From contig JANRKS010000024.1 of assembly GCA_033763315.1 (NCBI GenBank), positions 128,001-192,000 of the forward strand: a DNA stretch of 64,000 bases, written 5' to 3'. The DNA comes from Deltaproteobacteria bacterium. Its GTDB lineage: Bacteria > Myxococcota_A > Polyangia > Fen-1088. A program made the translations under genes and the position numbers. The notes under the pieces were generated by a model that made no database searches, was not told the DNA's origin, and saw nothing but the letters and a program-made list of their open reading frames with translations. Positions 47,737 through 58,451 of this stretch are shown piece after piece. Position 1 is the stretch's first letter; every line of letters begins with the position of its first letter.

Positions 47737-49010
47737 AACCTCAGTTTTTCAGTGGTTTTGCGGTTGCTGCGCTTGCTTGTTTTTGTCGCCGGTTTTGCCA
47801 CTTTCGGTGAAGCCACAACTTCTGCTGGAGGCTTGGGTGCTGATACAGCGGGGGCCGCAACGGGCGGGTTGGCCGCGGGTGGTGGAACGGGAGGGGACGC
47901 GTGCGTTGGAAGCACAGCGGGTTCATTGCGATCTGCATTCGCTCTGATGACAAACAGCACGGCCAACCCCAACATCAATACGCCCACCAGCGCCCAAACG
48001 CCACGCATGTGAGCTGAACGCGCGCGAACGGGCACGGTTTGCTCTGTGGAATGAGACGCCGCCAACGCCACCCGGACTTGATCGTTGCGCACGGCTTTCA
48101 AAGCAGCAAACCCCGCTTCCATGAACGCCGCCATATCAAAGTTTTCCCCCTCTTGCACAAAAGCGTCCAACACCGTTTGCAACCGTCGTGCGACGTCATC
48201 GGCCGTCTGCGGTCGCAGGTTCGGATCCTTCGCCAACAATTCGAACATGAGCTCCACCACGGCGGAGGGAACGTCGTCGCGCTCCATGCCAATGTCGGGG
48301 GGCCCTTCGTTGAGGATCTTGCGCGCGGTTTCATCGCCCTCAGCAGCGCCAAACAACCGACGCCCAGACAACATTTCCCAAAAAACCACGCCCAACGCGT
48401 AAATATCCGCTTTGCGGTCGAAGGGTTCAAAGCGCAGCCGCTCCGGCGCCATGTAGCTCAACTTGCCCTTAAGCACGCCAGTGCGCGTTTGCGATCCGCT
48501 GTCCATGGCCCGTGCCACGCCGAAGTCAGTGAGCCGCGCATTTCCGTCAAAGCCCACAAGGATGTTCTGCGGCGACACGTCCCGGTGGATGATGCCCAAG
48601 GCGTTGCCATGCATGTCGCGTAATTCATGGGCGGCGTGCAACCCTTCGGCCACCTGCATCGCGATCCTGCATGCGGCGGGCACGGGCAACGGCCCTTGCG
48701 CCACCAATTGCGACAGCGGCACCCCGTCGATGTAATCCATGACCAGGAACGGTCCCAGCTGGTCTTGCCCCACATCGACCACGCCCACCACATTCGGGTG
48801 GTGGATGAGCCCGGCCAGGCGCGCTTCATCAAGGAACATCTCGCGAATGCCAGCGTCATCGGCCAAGTGAGGATGCAAACGCTTCAACGCGAACAGACGC
48901 ACAAAACGCACGTCCTCACGCGCCGCCAAATCCACCCGCCCCATGCCCCCGCGCGCAAGCTCGAACAACGTTCGGTAACGAGAGGGAGAACCTGTCGCGG
49001 CAACACTCAT
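47721..49010 (-). CDS. membrane-anchored Hanks-type Ser/Thr protein kinase
   Basis: LARGGMG, ALKRL, HPNVV, HRDVSPQN, DFGVA, GKLSYMAPE, DIYALG; TM helix then Pro-rich tail. ATG 49010 preferred over the long upstream extension. Confidence 0.95.
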   Translation of the reverse strand: MSVAATGSPSRYRTLFELARGGMGRVDLAAREDVRFVRLFALKRLHPHLADDAGIREMFLDEARLAGLIHHPNVVGVVDVGQDQLGPFLVMDYIDGVPLSQLVAQGPLPVPAACRIAMQVAEGLHAAHELRDMHGNALGIIHRDVSPQNILVGFDGNARLTDFGVARAMDSGSQTRTGVLKGKLSYMAPERLRFEPFDRKADIYALGVVFWEMLSGRRLFGAAEGDETARKILNEGPPDIGMERDDVPSAVVELMFELLAKDPNLRPQTADDVARRLQTVLDAFVQEGENFDMAAFMEAGFAALKAVRNDQVRVALAASHSTEQTVPVRARSAHMRGVWALVGVLMLGLAVLFVIRANADRNEPAVLPTHASPPVPPPAANPPVAAPAVSAPKPPAEVVASPKVAKPATKTSKRSNRKTTEKLRLWQWR

Positions 49011-49052
49011 CGGCGGCACGTTCAAATATAACGCTTCCGCGACCCAACGATG

Positions 49053-49081
49053 TTGCACTTCCCGTGAATCACGCAGAAAAT
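49053..49081 (+). promoter_or_regulatory. candidate sigma70 promoter with an internal palindrome in the divergent kinase/regulator spacer
   Basis: TTGCAC-N17-GAAAAT, with CGTGA-A-TCACG (49063-49073) in the spacer. Confidence 0.3.
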
Positions 49082-49094
49082 CATCAGACCGTTC

Positions 49095-50702
49095 ATGAGC
49101 ACCTTTGGATTTGCGGCCCTGCGGCACATCGAACAAGGTGACATCAACAAAGGGCTGCACGCATTGAACGCCATGGCCTCCGGCCCGCAGCGCGACGCAT
49201 GGGAGCTGGCGCTTGGCGCGCATACGTCGTTGGCGTCGCCCGAACATTTCGTGCCCCCGAGCCTCACCACGCTTGCTGGCATCGCCACCCGTGACCCTGA
49301 CGTTCACAGCGCGCTGGCCGCGGCGTGCACCGCACTTGAGAAACGCGCCGTCATTGGGCTCGACACCCATGGGTTCGCACAAACGTGGGCATTGCATCAA
49401 CAGCTTCAATGTGGCGAGGGCAAACCCGAAACACGTCTGAGCCTTTATGTGTCTCGCGCGTGGGCCAAATACCTCGACATCGAGCCGCAGGACTTCGACG
49501 TGACGATGGCGCAATTGGAATCTGTGCGTCGCGAAGCGGCTGACCATCAACTGTCGGCCTTGTTGATCGAAGCCACTGTGTTGAGTGGACTGCTCGCGCT
49601 CAAGCATGATCAGCACCCAATCGTGCGAGGCTTCGTTCGCCGTGCCGCGCTCATGGCACAAAGCGAAGGCTTGCCCCAGTCGCAGTATCTTGCACACGCA
49701 GCGCTTGCTAGGTTTCGTCGCTACGAACGCAGACCACATCTGGCCGTGCGCATCTTGGCGTCGTTACGGTCGGTCGCGCCAACCTGTTGGCGCCCATGGC
49801 TCGATTGGGAATGTGTGATGACGGGCATCAGCCGCGTCAACAATGAGACGGCGCCCGTCGCTGTCGATGTCGCGCAGAATCTAGAGCGCTATTTGCTGGC
49901 GGTGTCGAGCGGCGCGCCCGGCGCCAGCGCAGCCGAGCTGGCGCTCATGAAAACAAAGCTTCAAGGCCGCACCGATTTGCTACGAGAAGCGCGGGCGCTT
50001 GAAGGTTGCGTGGATCCCTCGTTGCCGCTGAGCCAGCTGCCACCCGACGTGCTTGCATGGGCACAAGGGACTACGGATGTTGTTCCGTGTGGCGTCGATG
50101 GTGTTTTGTTCGGTCGTAGTGAACACAGCAACGCCATGGCAAGTGTTTACGTTGCACCCCACAAGCCACCGCGGCGCCTGCTTTCGATCGCTGCGCCGCT
50201 CTTGGCCGCGCAAGAGGCCTTGCCGCGCGTGCAACGTCACAACGCGCGCATCGAAACCGCCGCGGCCACGCTGGCGCTGACGGGCGCCTCCGGCGTGACA
50301 GAAGAAGAGTTCTGGCGGCGCGTTTACGGTTTTGTTTTTGTTCCCGCTTTGCACAAAAGCACGCTTGATGTTCTCCTGCACCGTTTGCGCGAACGATTTG
50401 ATGGGACCGCTGAGATCGTGAGGCACGAAGGCCGGCTTCGCTTTGAGCCTTTGCGGCCAATGTTTCTCGTTGATCCGCGAGGTATGCCAGGCGTCGACGC
50501 TTTGCTACTGAAGATGCTCTCTGAGCGCGGTTCCGCCAGCGCGCGCACGGCCGCAGAGACTTTGGCGGTCCCCCTGCGCACCGTGCAGTCGGCGCTCGCA
50601 GATTTGGTGGCCGAGGGCCACTTGAAGATTGAGGGCAAAGGCCGCAACGTGGCCTATGTGGTGGAGGATACCGTGTTTGCTGAGCCCACGCGCGGCGCTT
50701 GA
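49095..50702 (+). CDS. putative transcriptional regulator: helical N-terminus + OmpR-like wHTH + second wHTH
   Basis: GVTEEEFWRRVYG...STLDVLLHRLRERF (Trans_reg_C-like); SARTAAETLAVPLRTVQSALADLVAEG...GKGRNVAY (wHTH). Confidence 0.7.
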   Translation: MSTFGFAALRHIEQGDINKGLHALNAMASGPQRDAWELALGAHTSLASPEHFVPPSLTTLAGIATRDPDVHSALAAACTALEKRAVIGLDTHGFAQTWALHQQLQCGEGKPETRLSLYVSRAWAKYLDIEPQDFDVTMAQLESVRREAADHQLSALLIEATVLSGLLALKHDQHPIVRGFVRRAALMAQSEGLPQSQYLAHAALARFRRYERRPHLAVRILASLRSVAPTCWRPWLDWECVMTGISRVNNETAPVAVDVAQNLERYLLAVSSGAPGASAAELALMKTKLQGRTDLLREARALEGCVDPSLPLSQLPPDVLAWAQGTTDVVPCGVDGVLFGRSEHSNAMASVYVAPHKPPRRLLSIAAPLLAAQEALPRVQRHNARIETAAATLALTGASGVTEEEFWRRVYGFVFVPALHKSTLDVLLHRLRERFDGTAEIVRHEGRLRFEPLRPMFLVDPRGMPGVDALLLKMLSERGSASARTAAETLAVPLRTVQSALADLVAEGHLKIEGKGRNVAYVVEDTVFAEPTRGA

Positions 50703-50703
50703 T

Positions 50704-51837
50704 CTAAGGACGCGACGACGACAGCAATGTCAATGTGATGTCATCTATGGCCGTCACCCAGCCCGCGTTTGCATTGCCGCGAACGCTGATCAACAAGCTG
50801 TCATTGCGCCCAAACGGCACCGATGGCAAATCAACGTTTACACTTGCATTGGCGCCGTCAAAGGGCGCTGTGGTGCGCAGCAGCTCCTCGAACTTTGGCG
50901 CCGTTGGTCGCACCGCCACAAGCGCAACGTCCGCTGGAGGTGAATTGCCACCGGCTTGCTGCGCCAGCAGGCCAATGCGTCCGCGAATGCTTACGTTCAC
51001 TGTCAGGCCAGTGGGATTCTGCCAACGCATGACCGGTATCACGGGATCGGCCGCGAGGTGGTCAAAGTATGTGATGTTGGCAGCGGGCGCCTGATCGTCT
51101 CCCACCGCCCAGGAGCCATCGTTGCCGAAGAACGAAGCATCCCAGATCATCAAGCGACGTTGTTGCGCGTACCAGGGCGCGGCCGCGTTGCCGGTGACGC
51201 TTTCGAAAGTCCAGGCGGGTCTTCCCGCTGCATCCTTCGAAGGGTTACCTAGTGTGCGCCCCGCGAGTGTGCCCTTGCCCCAATCGATTGCGCGCTTCCA
51301 AGTGAAGCCCACAGGGTAGGGCGACGGTTCATGGCAAGGCGGTGCAAGGCACGCCGTGACGGGATCGCAAGGCAGCACCGAGGATTCCACAGGGGCCTCC
51401 GCGGCTGTCACACACACACCGTCCGCGCACGTTTCAGTGGCCTCGCAAATCACTTGCTCGTTGCACAGGCTGGAAAACGTGCGTGCAACGTTGAGGGCTT
51501 CACCCCGCACATAGCCGCCGTTGATGCGTTGCCACGCAAGCCGTTGTTGGCTGGCAGCGAACAGTTCGGCCAACACGCCAAAGCGTCGAGTCGCATCGTC
51601 ACCTGCGGGCTCGAGCGGAATCGTTAGCGGAAAGCGAACGTCGCCGCCAACCATGACTGTCTTATCCAAAGCGAGTTTATCGCCCTGAGCGCACACCCGA
51701 ACTCTTAACGCTTTTCCCGGCGCCTCCAGCGCGGGTGCGGTGGCAAGCTCAACGGTGGTGGTGGAGCTTGGATCACAAGCTCCGACGAAGACAACCGCCG
51801 TGCACAGAGCGCTGCATAAGCATCGACGCTTGGTCAT
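50704..51837 (-). CDS. Cys-containing lipoprotein, hypothetical
   Basis: Lipobox VGAC; Ig-like N-terminus, CEATETCADGVC motif, C-terminal beta-sandwich. Confidence 0.7.
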   Translation of the reverse strand: MTKRRCLCSALCTAVVFVGACDPSSTTTVELATAPALEAPGKALRVRVCAQGDKLALDKTVMVGGDVRFPLTIPLEPAGDDATRRFGVLAELFAASQQRLAWQRINGGYVRGEALNVARTFSSLCNEQVICEATETCADGVCVTAAEAPVESSVLPCDPVTACLAPPCHEPSPYPVGFTWKRAIDWGKGTLAGRTLGNPSKDAAGRPAWTFESVTGNAAAPWYAQQRRLMIWDASFFGNDGSWAVGDDQAPAANITYFDHLAADPVIPVMRWQNPTGLTVNVSIRGRIGLLAQQAGGNSPPADVALVAVRPTAPKFEELLRTTAPFDGANASVNVDLPSVPFGRNDSLLISVRGNANAGWVTAIDDITLTLLSSSRP

Positions 51838-51860
51838 GGGCTTCCTTGGCTTCGACGGCG

Positions 51861-53906
51861 CTAATGGACGCGCTGGCCGGGCTTCGCGCCGCTGTCCGGC
51901 GACAACACAAACACCTCTTTGCCGCCTGGCCCGGCCGCAATCACCATGCCTTCGCTCATGCCGAACTTCATTTTGCGCGGCTTGAGGTTGGCCACAATCA
52001 CCACCAACTTACCCACCAACGCGGCCGGTTCGTAGGCGCTCTTTATGCCAGCGAAGATCTGCCGGCGGTGCGCGCCGCCCAAGCTCACGGATAACTTCAA
52101 CAGCTTGTCGGACCCTTCAACCGCCTCGGCGCTAAGCACGCGCGCCACGCGCAGATCCACCTTCGCAAAATCATCGATGCTGCATTCGGCGGCCAACGGC
52201 TCCGCAGCAAAGGCGGCATCATCGTCTGCACTCGAAGCCGCGGGCGCGGGCGCCGCTTGACCATCGGGCGCCACCACCGATGATTCGATCACCTTCTGCA
52301 CCGCCGCCACGTCAAGGCGCTGCATCAAGTGTTTGTAAGGTCGCAACTGTGCGCCCACTTGCGCTTGCTTCGCTTCCGCCCACGCCGCCAATGGCGCGTT
52401 CAAAAGCTCGGCGCTGTCACACGCCAATTGCGGCAGCACAGGCGACAAGTAAATCGCGAGCTGCCGGTACAGATTGATCGCCACCGTGCAGATGTCTTGC
52501 ACGTCCTGCGCGCGCGCCGGATCTTTGCGCAGTTTCCAAGGCTCTTTGCGATCGAAATATTCATTCGCGGCGTCAGCCAACGCCATGATCAACCGCTGCG
52601 CTTTGTTGTATTCCCAGCCATCATAGGCCGCGGCAATTTCATCGCCCGCCGCCGCCGCTTTGGCAAACAAACCTTCGTCGTCCGGATACTGCGCCGACAG
52701 GCCCGTGGTTTCCAAGAACTTGGCGCTGCGGCTGGCCAGGTTCACAACCTTGTTCACCAGCTCACCATTCACCTTGCGCGTGAACTCTTCCAGATCAAGA
52801 TCGAGATCATCTGGGCGCACGCCCAATTTGCTTGCGTAGTAGTAACGCAACGATTGCGGATCCACATGCTGCGCAAAAGTCTCGGCGGTGATGTACGTGC
52901 CTTTGCTCTTCGACATTTTCTCGCCGTTGACGGTGAGGAAACCGTGAATCTGCACGCGCTTGGGCAAGGTGAACCCCGCCACCTTCAGCATCACTGGCCA
53001 AAACAGCGTGTGAAAGTACGTGATGTCTTTGCCAATGAAGTGATAGACCTCCGTGGCATCTGACTTCCACCAGTCCGCAAAATTGCGGCTGGTCTTCTCG
53101 CACCACTCAAGCGTCGCCGCCAAATACCCTATCGGCGCGTCGAACCACACGTACCAGAAGTGCCCTGGGGCATCGGGGATCTCGAAGCCAAAGTACGGCG
53201 CCGGACGTGACACATCCCAATCGCGCAAAGCCTCCGTCAAGAAGTGCCCCTTAAGGTAATTGGCGATGCTTGGGTGCAAGTGATCACCGCCCTGGGTCCA
53301 TTCCTCAAGGAACGCGCGTTCGCTTTCAATGTTCACGAACAAATGCGTCGCCGAACGAATCTCAGGTGTGGCGCCCGACAACGTGCTGACCGGATCTTTC
53401 AGATCCGTTGGACTATAGGTGCTGCCACACACGTCACAGCTATCGCCATTCTGGTTGGGAGAGGCACACTTGGGACAGGTGCCTTTCACAAACCGATCGG
53501 CCAAAAACACGCCGGCCGTGGGGTCGAACAGTTGCGAAACCTCGCGTTCGGCCACCAAGCCCTTGTTCCGAAACGCCTGCCAAAATTCGTGGCACAAACG
53601 CCGGTTGGCCTCTGAGTTGGTGCTGCCATAGTGATCAAAAGAAACCGCGAATTTCGCGAAGTCACGTTGGTGCGCGGCATTCGTCTCGGCCAACAACGCT
53701 TCTTCGGATCGGCCTTCGCGTCGCGCCCGCATCATGATGGATGTGCCGTGCGTGTCATCCGCGCACAGGTAGGCCACGTCGTGGCCGAGCATCCGTTGAA
53801 AACGCACCCAAATATCGGTTTGGATGTACTCCACCAAGTGGCCCATGTGAATGGGGCCGTTGGCGTAGGGCAAAGCGCTGGTCACAAGAATGCGGCGGGG
53901 AGTCAT
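51861..53906 (-). CDS. metG: methionine--tRNA ligase with C-terminal tRNA-binding domain
   Basis: [20 protein letters not shown]...CDVC knuckle, [24 protein letters not shown]...NLKPRKM. Confidence 0.98.
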   Translation of the reverse strand: MTPRRILVTSALPYANGPIHMGHLVEYIQTDIWVRFQRMLGHDVAYLCADDTHGTSIMMRARREGRSEEALLAETNAAHQRDFAKFAVSFDHYGSTNSEANRRLCHEFWQAFRNKGLVAEREVSQLFDPTAGVFLADRFVKGTCPKCASPNQNGDSCDVCGSTYSPTDLKDPVSTLSGATPEIRSATHLFVNIESERAFLEEWTQGGDHLHPSIANYLKGHFLTEALRDWDVSRPAPYFGFEIPDAPGHFWYVWFDAPIGYLAATLEWCEKTSRNFADWWKSDATEVYHFIGKDITYFHTLFWPVMLKVAGFTLPKRVQIHGFLTVNGEKMSKSKGTYITAETFAQHVDPQSLRYYYASKLGVRPDDLDLDLEEFTRKVNGELVNKVVNLASRSAKFLETTGLSAQYPDDEGLFAKAAAAGDEIAAAYDGWEYNKAQRLIMALADAANEYFDRKEPWKLRKDPARAQDVQDICTVAINLYRQLAIYLSPVLPQLACDSAELLNAPLAAWAEAKQAQVGAQLRPYKHLMQRLDVAAVQKVIESSVVAPDGQAAPAPAASSADDDAAFAAEPLAAECSIDDFAKVDLRVARVLSAEAVEGSDKLLKLSVSLGGAHRRQIFAGIKSAYEPAALVGKLVVIVANLKPRKMKFGMSEGMVIAAGPGGKEVFVLSPDSGAKPGQRVH

Positions 53907-53959
53907 GCGGCCGACTAATTTGCCACACATGGGGCCGCGCGGCACGAAAGGCGATGCTG

Positions 53960-55648
53960 CTAATACAGCCGGCGTACCTGGCTGCCCGTGTAGTAGTGAC
54001 CGAGAATGTCTTTGTAACTGTGCCCGGCCTCGGCCATGCCCATCGCCCCCGATTGGCACATACCCACGCCGTGGCCAAAGCCCGCGCCCAAGAATTCAAA
54101 CGCCGTTGGGGCTTTGGGGTCACCCACCGGCGTGACCACAAATAAGGCGCTTTTGAGGCCGCCCAGCAACCGGCGGATGTGCAAATCCCCGCGCGCCACA
54201 ACAGTGCCCTTGGCGCCCGTCAATTTGACCGCGCCGAGACGCCCGGAAAACCCACGCTCAAGGGTCTCGATGGCACGCACGCTGCCCACTTGCGGGTAAA
54301 CGTCGGCCACCAAACGGTTCATCTCGCTTGATGTCACGGTTTGTTGCCAGCGCATTTGCTTGGCACCGATGGCTGTGCGGCCCGCGTACGCGCTTTCGGG
54401 TGACAAACGCAAAAACGCAGCGACGTTGCCGGCATTCACGCCCTGAGCGAAGGGCTTCCACTGGGTGCTTTTGGCAGCCAACGCGTCCAAGCGTCCCCGC
54501 AGCGCCGGATCGGCAGCCCCGCCCCAGATCCATTCGTTGTTCTCAGAAATGCCGCCGGAATTGGCGCTGTAACGCGCGTCAACCAGTTTGCCGTCCGCAC
54601 GAAACAACACTTGCCCACGCGTGTCGCGCACGGCTTTGGTGGTGCGTGGGTTTGATTTGCCCGCCCCCGAATACACCTGGCACTGCTGGGTGGAGCACAC
54701 CAAAAAAGGCTCGGCTTGGTGGCGCATGCCTAGACTCGCCAACAGCGCGGTTCGTGCCGCCACAGCTTGCGTCTTCAGCGCCTCCTCGTGGCTGTTGGCG
54801 TAGATCTCCGAAGGTACCAAACCTTCGAGCAAGCGTTCGGCGTCCACGGCGTTCACGGCCACCAAACTGCCGTCGTTGCCCACAGTCACATAGACCTTGC
54901 CGTAGTACTGCCGCGTTTCTTTTTTCACGGCCCCCAATTGCGAGCCCCCGCCGCCGTGCTCGACATCCATCACAGTGAGCGTGGCCTCGTTTTGCTTCGG
55001 CGCGAACCACACCACCGAAGAGTTGCGAACAACCACCCCCGAAGCGTGTTTGGCCACCACCAGCCCACGCGGGCGTTCAACAAGTTCACGGTAAACCGAC
55101 GTCTCGATGCCGTGCTTTTTCGCCAAAGCCTCCGCCGTCTTCTTGCCGAGCGGCGGCTTTTCAGGGGCGATGGCCACCAAGGTTTTGCGGCTATCGAACA
55201 CGGTGCCTTCAACGCCGAACACCGTGCCCACCTCAAAGCCGCGCGGTGTATAACCGCGCTCCTTCCACAGCGCGATCTGCGCGCGCACATCCGTGCCGCC
55301 GCCCGAGGGCACCTCGGCAACCACCGTCCATTCCCGAATCACGGCGTTGGTGGGCTTTTCCACACTCACCGTCCATACGCCGGGCCCCGCATCGATCGCC
55401 GCGCCGCCTTCGCCATCGGGCAGCACCAACGTGACGTCACTGCCCCCCACCCGCACCTGGGGCTGGTTGCTCATCAGTTCCACAGTGACCAATGGCAAAC
55501 CGTCGGCGTTAAACGTAAATCCATTGCTGTAAAGGATGCGCAGCTTGTCTTGGCTCGAGGTTTCATCCGCTTGCGCTAGCGCCATATGAGGAACGCTGGT
55601 GAGGCCAGCCCATAACGTGAGGCAAACCGCGCAAACACGCGTGGCCAT
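53960..55648 (-). CDS. SpoIID/LytB-family peptidoglycan lytic enzyme
   Basis: [53 protein letters not shown]...ILGHYY; signal peptide. Alternative start 55699. Confidence 0.92.
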   Translation of the reverse strand: MATRVCAVCLTLWAGLTSVPHMALAQADETSSQDKLRILYSNGFTFNADGLPLVTVELMSNQPQVRVGGSDVTLVLPDGEGGAAIDAGPGVWTVSVEKPTNAVIREWTVVAEVPSGGGTDVRAQIALWKERGYTPRGFEVGTVFGVEGTVFDSRKTLVAIAPEKPPLGKKTAEALAKKHGIETSVYRELVERPRGLVVAKHASGVVVRNSSVVWFAPKQNEATLTVMDVEHGGGGSQLGAVKKETRQYYGKVYVTVGNDGSLVAVNAVDAERLLEGLVPSEIYANSHEEALKTQAVAARTALLASLGMRHQAEPFLVCSTQQCQVYSGAGKSNPRTTKAVRDTRGQVLFRADGKLVDARYSANSGGISENNEWIWGGAADPALRGRLDALAAKSTQWKPFAQGVNAGNVAAFLRLSPESAYAGRTAIGAKQMRWQQTVTSSEMNRLVADVYPQVGSVRAIETLERGFSGRLGAVKLTGAKGTVVARGDLHIRRLLGGLKSALFVVTPVGDPKAPTAFEFLGAGFGHGVGMCQSGAMGMAEAGHSYKDILGHYYTGSQVRRLY

Positions 55649-55738
55649 CAAACGACCTTTATGGAGCCTTTGCGCAAACCTGGTTGATGCCGCAATCATT
55701 GGTACACCTGGGCTTCATCTTGTGGTGAGATTCGCCTT

Positions 55739-57655
55739 ATGTCACTTCGAGAGCTGGTTTTGTTTGGCACTTCATCTTTGGGCTCATCGCCACGCACGCT
55801 GCGCGCCGGCCTGCTTTCGGCCGTGCTCGAAGATGGTCAGCTGCGCCGCATCTGTTGGGCGGGCCGCGAGGCCATCCGCGGCATTGCGTTCTTGATCCGC
55901 AACGACAATTGGGGAACGTATCCCGCCAAGCTCAACAACCTGCACGTCGAGGAGAGTGAAACGGGCTTCCGCATCACCTACAACGGTCACTGCAGCGACG
56001 ATCGTCAAGCGCTGGATTATAGCGCGGAGATCACGGGGGATGCACAAGGTGCCCTCAGCTTCCGCTGCCACCTGCGCCCGACCACCGATTTTTCCACCAA
56101 CCGCGCGGGCTTCGTGGTGTTGCATCCTTTGAACGGCGTGGCCGGCGAACCAGTCACGGTGCTGCATACTGACGGCAGCACAACCCAAAGCCACTTTCCC
56201 AAACACATCGCACCTTCACAACCGTTGTTCGACATTCGTGCGTTGACCCACGAGGTTTCGCCCGGCATCACCGTGACCTGCACGATGGAAGGCGACGCTT
56301 TTGAGATGGAGGATCAGCGCAACTGGTCCGACGCGTCCTTCAAAACGTACGTGCGGCCGCTCGCCAAACCATTCCCCTACGTTCTGCCCGCGTTGCAAGA
56401 ACAAACGCAAGCTGTGTCGTTGCGGTTCTCACAAACGTCACCCGCGCCGCGCATCGCCGTCGACGGGCCACAGCAACAAACGCTGCGGCTTGGACCCCAA
56501 ACGGGGCGGATGCCGGCGTTGGCGCTCACGCTGGCGGGCGAAAGTGCAAATCAAGCGCTCGGCCACGTGCAAGGGCCGTTGCGTTTGTTGGAGCCGCAGT
56601 GGCTCGTGGGTCGGTTGACCATGGATGTGCGCGCCGACGAATTGCGCGCTTTGGCGGCGGCACAGCGGCTCACACAAGCACAACTGTGGCTGGAAGTGGT
56701 GGTGCCCTGCCGAAGCGCGCCCCACGAAGAACTGCACCAATTGGCGCGGGCCGCGCGTGAGGCTGGGTTGCAAGTGTCTGCCGTGACGATCACGCCTGAG
56801 GCGTTGCTGAAGACCGTGCCCGCGGGCTTCACGGTGCCTGGGCTGGCCGGTGGCATGCCCGCCTTGTTGCAAAACGCGCGACGCGAATTTGCGGGCGCGT
56901 TGATCGGCGCCGGCTCCGCAGCCTATTTCACCGAGCTCAACCGCAATCCGCCGCCGATGGGCGCATATGATTTCGTCACGCACACCACGTGCCCCATCAT
57001 TCACGCCGCCGATGACGATTCGGTCATGGAGACCCTGCAGGCGTTGCCGTGGATCTTCGAATCAACGCGGCAGCTGTCGGCCGCCGCACCTTATTGGCTG
57101 GGGCCCACGACCATCGGCATGCGCCACAATCCTTACGGCGCGGCGCCAGCACAGAATGCCGCGCACCTGCGGATGGCGATGGCGAAAGAGGATCCACGCC
57201 AACGGGGTTTGTTCGGCGCTGCCTTCTATACGGCGTATGCCGCCGCGGCGGCCCGCGCTGGTTTGACGGTGATGGCGTTTTGTGATCCCACGGGCCCGTT
57301 CGGGCTCATCAACACAGAGCCGCAGCCACAGGTGTTCCCTGCCTACCACGTGTTTAAATGGTTCGCCCAGGCCGCGGGTCGGCCCTGTTTGGCGGTGGAC
57401 AACAACCCCGCAGGCGCCATAGAAAGCGTGGCTTACGCAGAAGGCAGCCAACGCGTGTTGTTGTTGTCCAACACGACCGCACAACCACAAACCATCCACC
57501 TCGCCGATGTGCAAGCTGTGAGCGTGGCTATGCTCGACGAAACGTCCGTGGGCGCAGCGGCCGACGCCACGTGGTCTCTGCGTCCAGGCGTGACCGACAG
57601 GGCCGCGAAAATCACGTTGCAGCCTTACGCTGTGGCACGCGCCATTTTGCCCTAG
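55739..57655 (+). CDS. D-apionate lactonase-like protein (ApnL family)
   Basis: LRAGLLSAVLEDGQLR...R..NWGT, TNRAGFVVLHP, GDAFEMEDQRNWSDASFKTYVRPL, YFTELNR, IHAADD.SVMETL, DPRQRGLFGAA; family recognised from memory. Confidence 0.75.
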   Translation: MSLRELVLFGTSSLGSSPRTLRAGLLSAVLEDGQLRRICWAGREAIRGIAFLIRNDNWGTYPAKLNNLHVEESETGFRITYNGHCSDDRQALDYSAEITGDAQGALSFRCHLRPTTDFSTNRAGFVVLHPLNGVAGEPVTVLHTDGSTTQSHFPKHIAPSQPLFDIRALTHEVSPGITVTCTMEGDAFEMEDQRNWSDASFKTYVRPLAKPFPYVLPALQEQTQAVSLRFSQTSPAPRIAVDGPQQQTLRLGPQTGRMPALALTLAGESANQALGHVQGPLRLLEPQWLVGRLTMDVRADELRALAAAQRLTQAQLWLEVVVPCRSAPHEELHQLARAAREAGLQVSAVTITPEALLKTVPAGFTVPGLAGGMPALLQNARREFAGALIGAGSAAYFTELNRNPPPMGAYDFVTHTTCPIIHAADDDSVMETLQALPWIFESTRQLSAAAPYWLGPTTIGMRHNPYGAAPAQNAAHLRMAMAKEDPRQRGLFGAAFYTAYAAAAARAGLTVMAFCDPTGPFGLINTEPQPQVFPAYHVFKWFAQAAGRPCLAVDNNPAGAIESVAYAEGSQRVLLLSNTTAQPQTIHLADVQAVSVAMLDETSVGAAADATWSLRPGVTDRAAKITLQPYAVARAILP

Positions 57656-57681
57656 CGCCCGCGCAGGCCTAGACTCGTGCC

Positions 57682-58443
57682 ATGATCAAAACGCTTCATC
57701 ACGAGGATGTGCGCGAACTCCAATTGGATCGCCCACCCGTCAACGCCTTGGACCCCGCCTTGATCCAAGCCTTGCGGCAAGCGTTGGCCGCCGCCCGCCA
57801 TGATGGTGTCAACGGCTTGGTGTTATCAGGGGCGCAGGCGCGCTTCTCGGGCGGCCTGGATGTGCCTGCGTTGCTCACGCTTTCGCGGGACGAACTGCGC
57901 GAGACGTGGATCGACTTTTTCGGTCTGCTTTCGGATCTCGCACATCTGCCGATGCCTTGGGCCGCCGCGCTCACAGGTCACAGCCCCGCAGGTGGCACAG
58001 TGCTCGCGCTTTACGCCGATCACCGCATCATGGCTGAAGGCAAATACGTGATCGGTCTCAACGAGGTGCAGGTGGGGTTGCCGGTGCCCGAGTTTCTCTA
58101 TCAGGCGCTCACACATGTTGTGGGCACCCGCGAAGCGCACAGGATGGCGATGACGGGCATCTTGATCGATCCAGCGGAGGCATTGCGCGTTCACTTGGTG
58201 GATCATTTGGCTGTGGGTGATCAAGTGATTCCGCAGGCCGTGAGCTGGGTGCAAGACGTTCTTAAAAAGCCACGCAAGGCGATGTTGCAAACACGCGCGC
58301 TGGCACGTCGCCCGTTGCATGAATCGTTCAAACTGGTGAGCACCACTTTGATCAACGAGATTGTTGATCAGTGGTTCTCCGAAGAGACCCAAACCACGCT
58401 CAAGAAACTGGCCGCGCGTTTGGGTAAGGTGCCCGCCGCTTAA
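57682..58443 (+). CDS. enoyl-CoA hydratase/isomerase (delta-3,delta-2 isomerase-like)
   Basis: RPPVNAL, FSGGLD, GHSPAGG, IGLNEVQVGL. Confidence 0.9.
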   Translation: MIKTLHHEDVRELQLDRPPVNALDPALIQALRQALAAARHDGVNGLVLSGAQARFSGGLDVPALLTLSRDELRETWIDFFGLLSDLAHLPMPWAAALTGHSPAGGTVLALYADHRIMAEGKYVIGLNEVQVGLPVPEFLYQALTHVVGTREAHRMAMTGILIDPAEALRVHLVDHLAVGDQVIPQAVSWVQDVLKKPRKAMLQTRALARRPLHESFKLVSTTLINEIVDQWFSEETQTTLKKLAARLGKVPAA

Positions 58444-58451
58444 GTAAGCGA

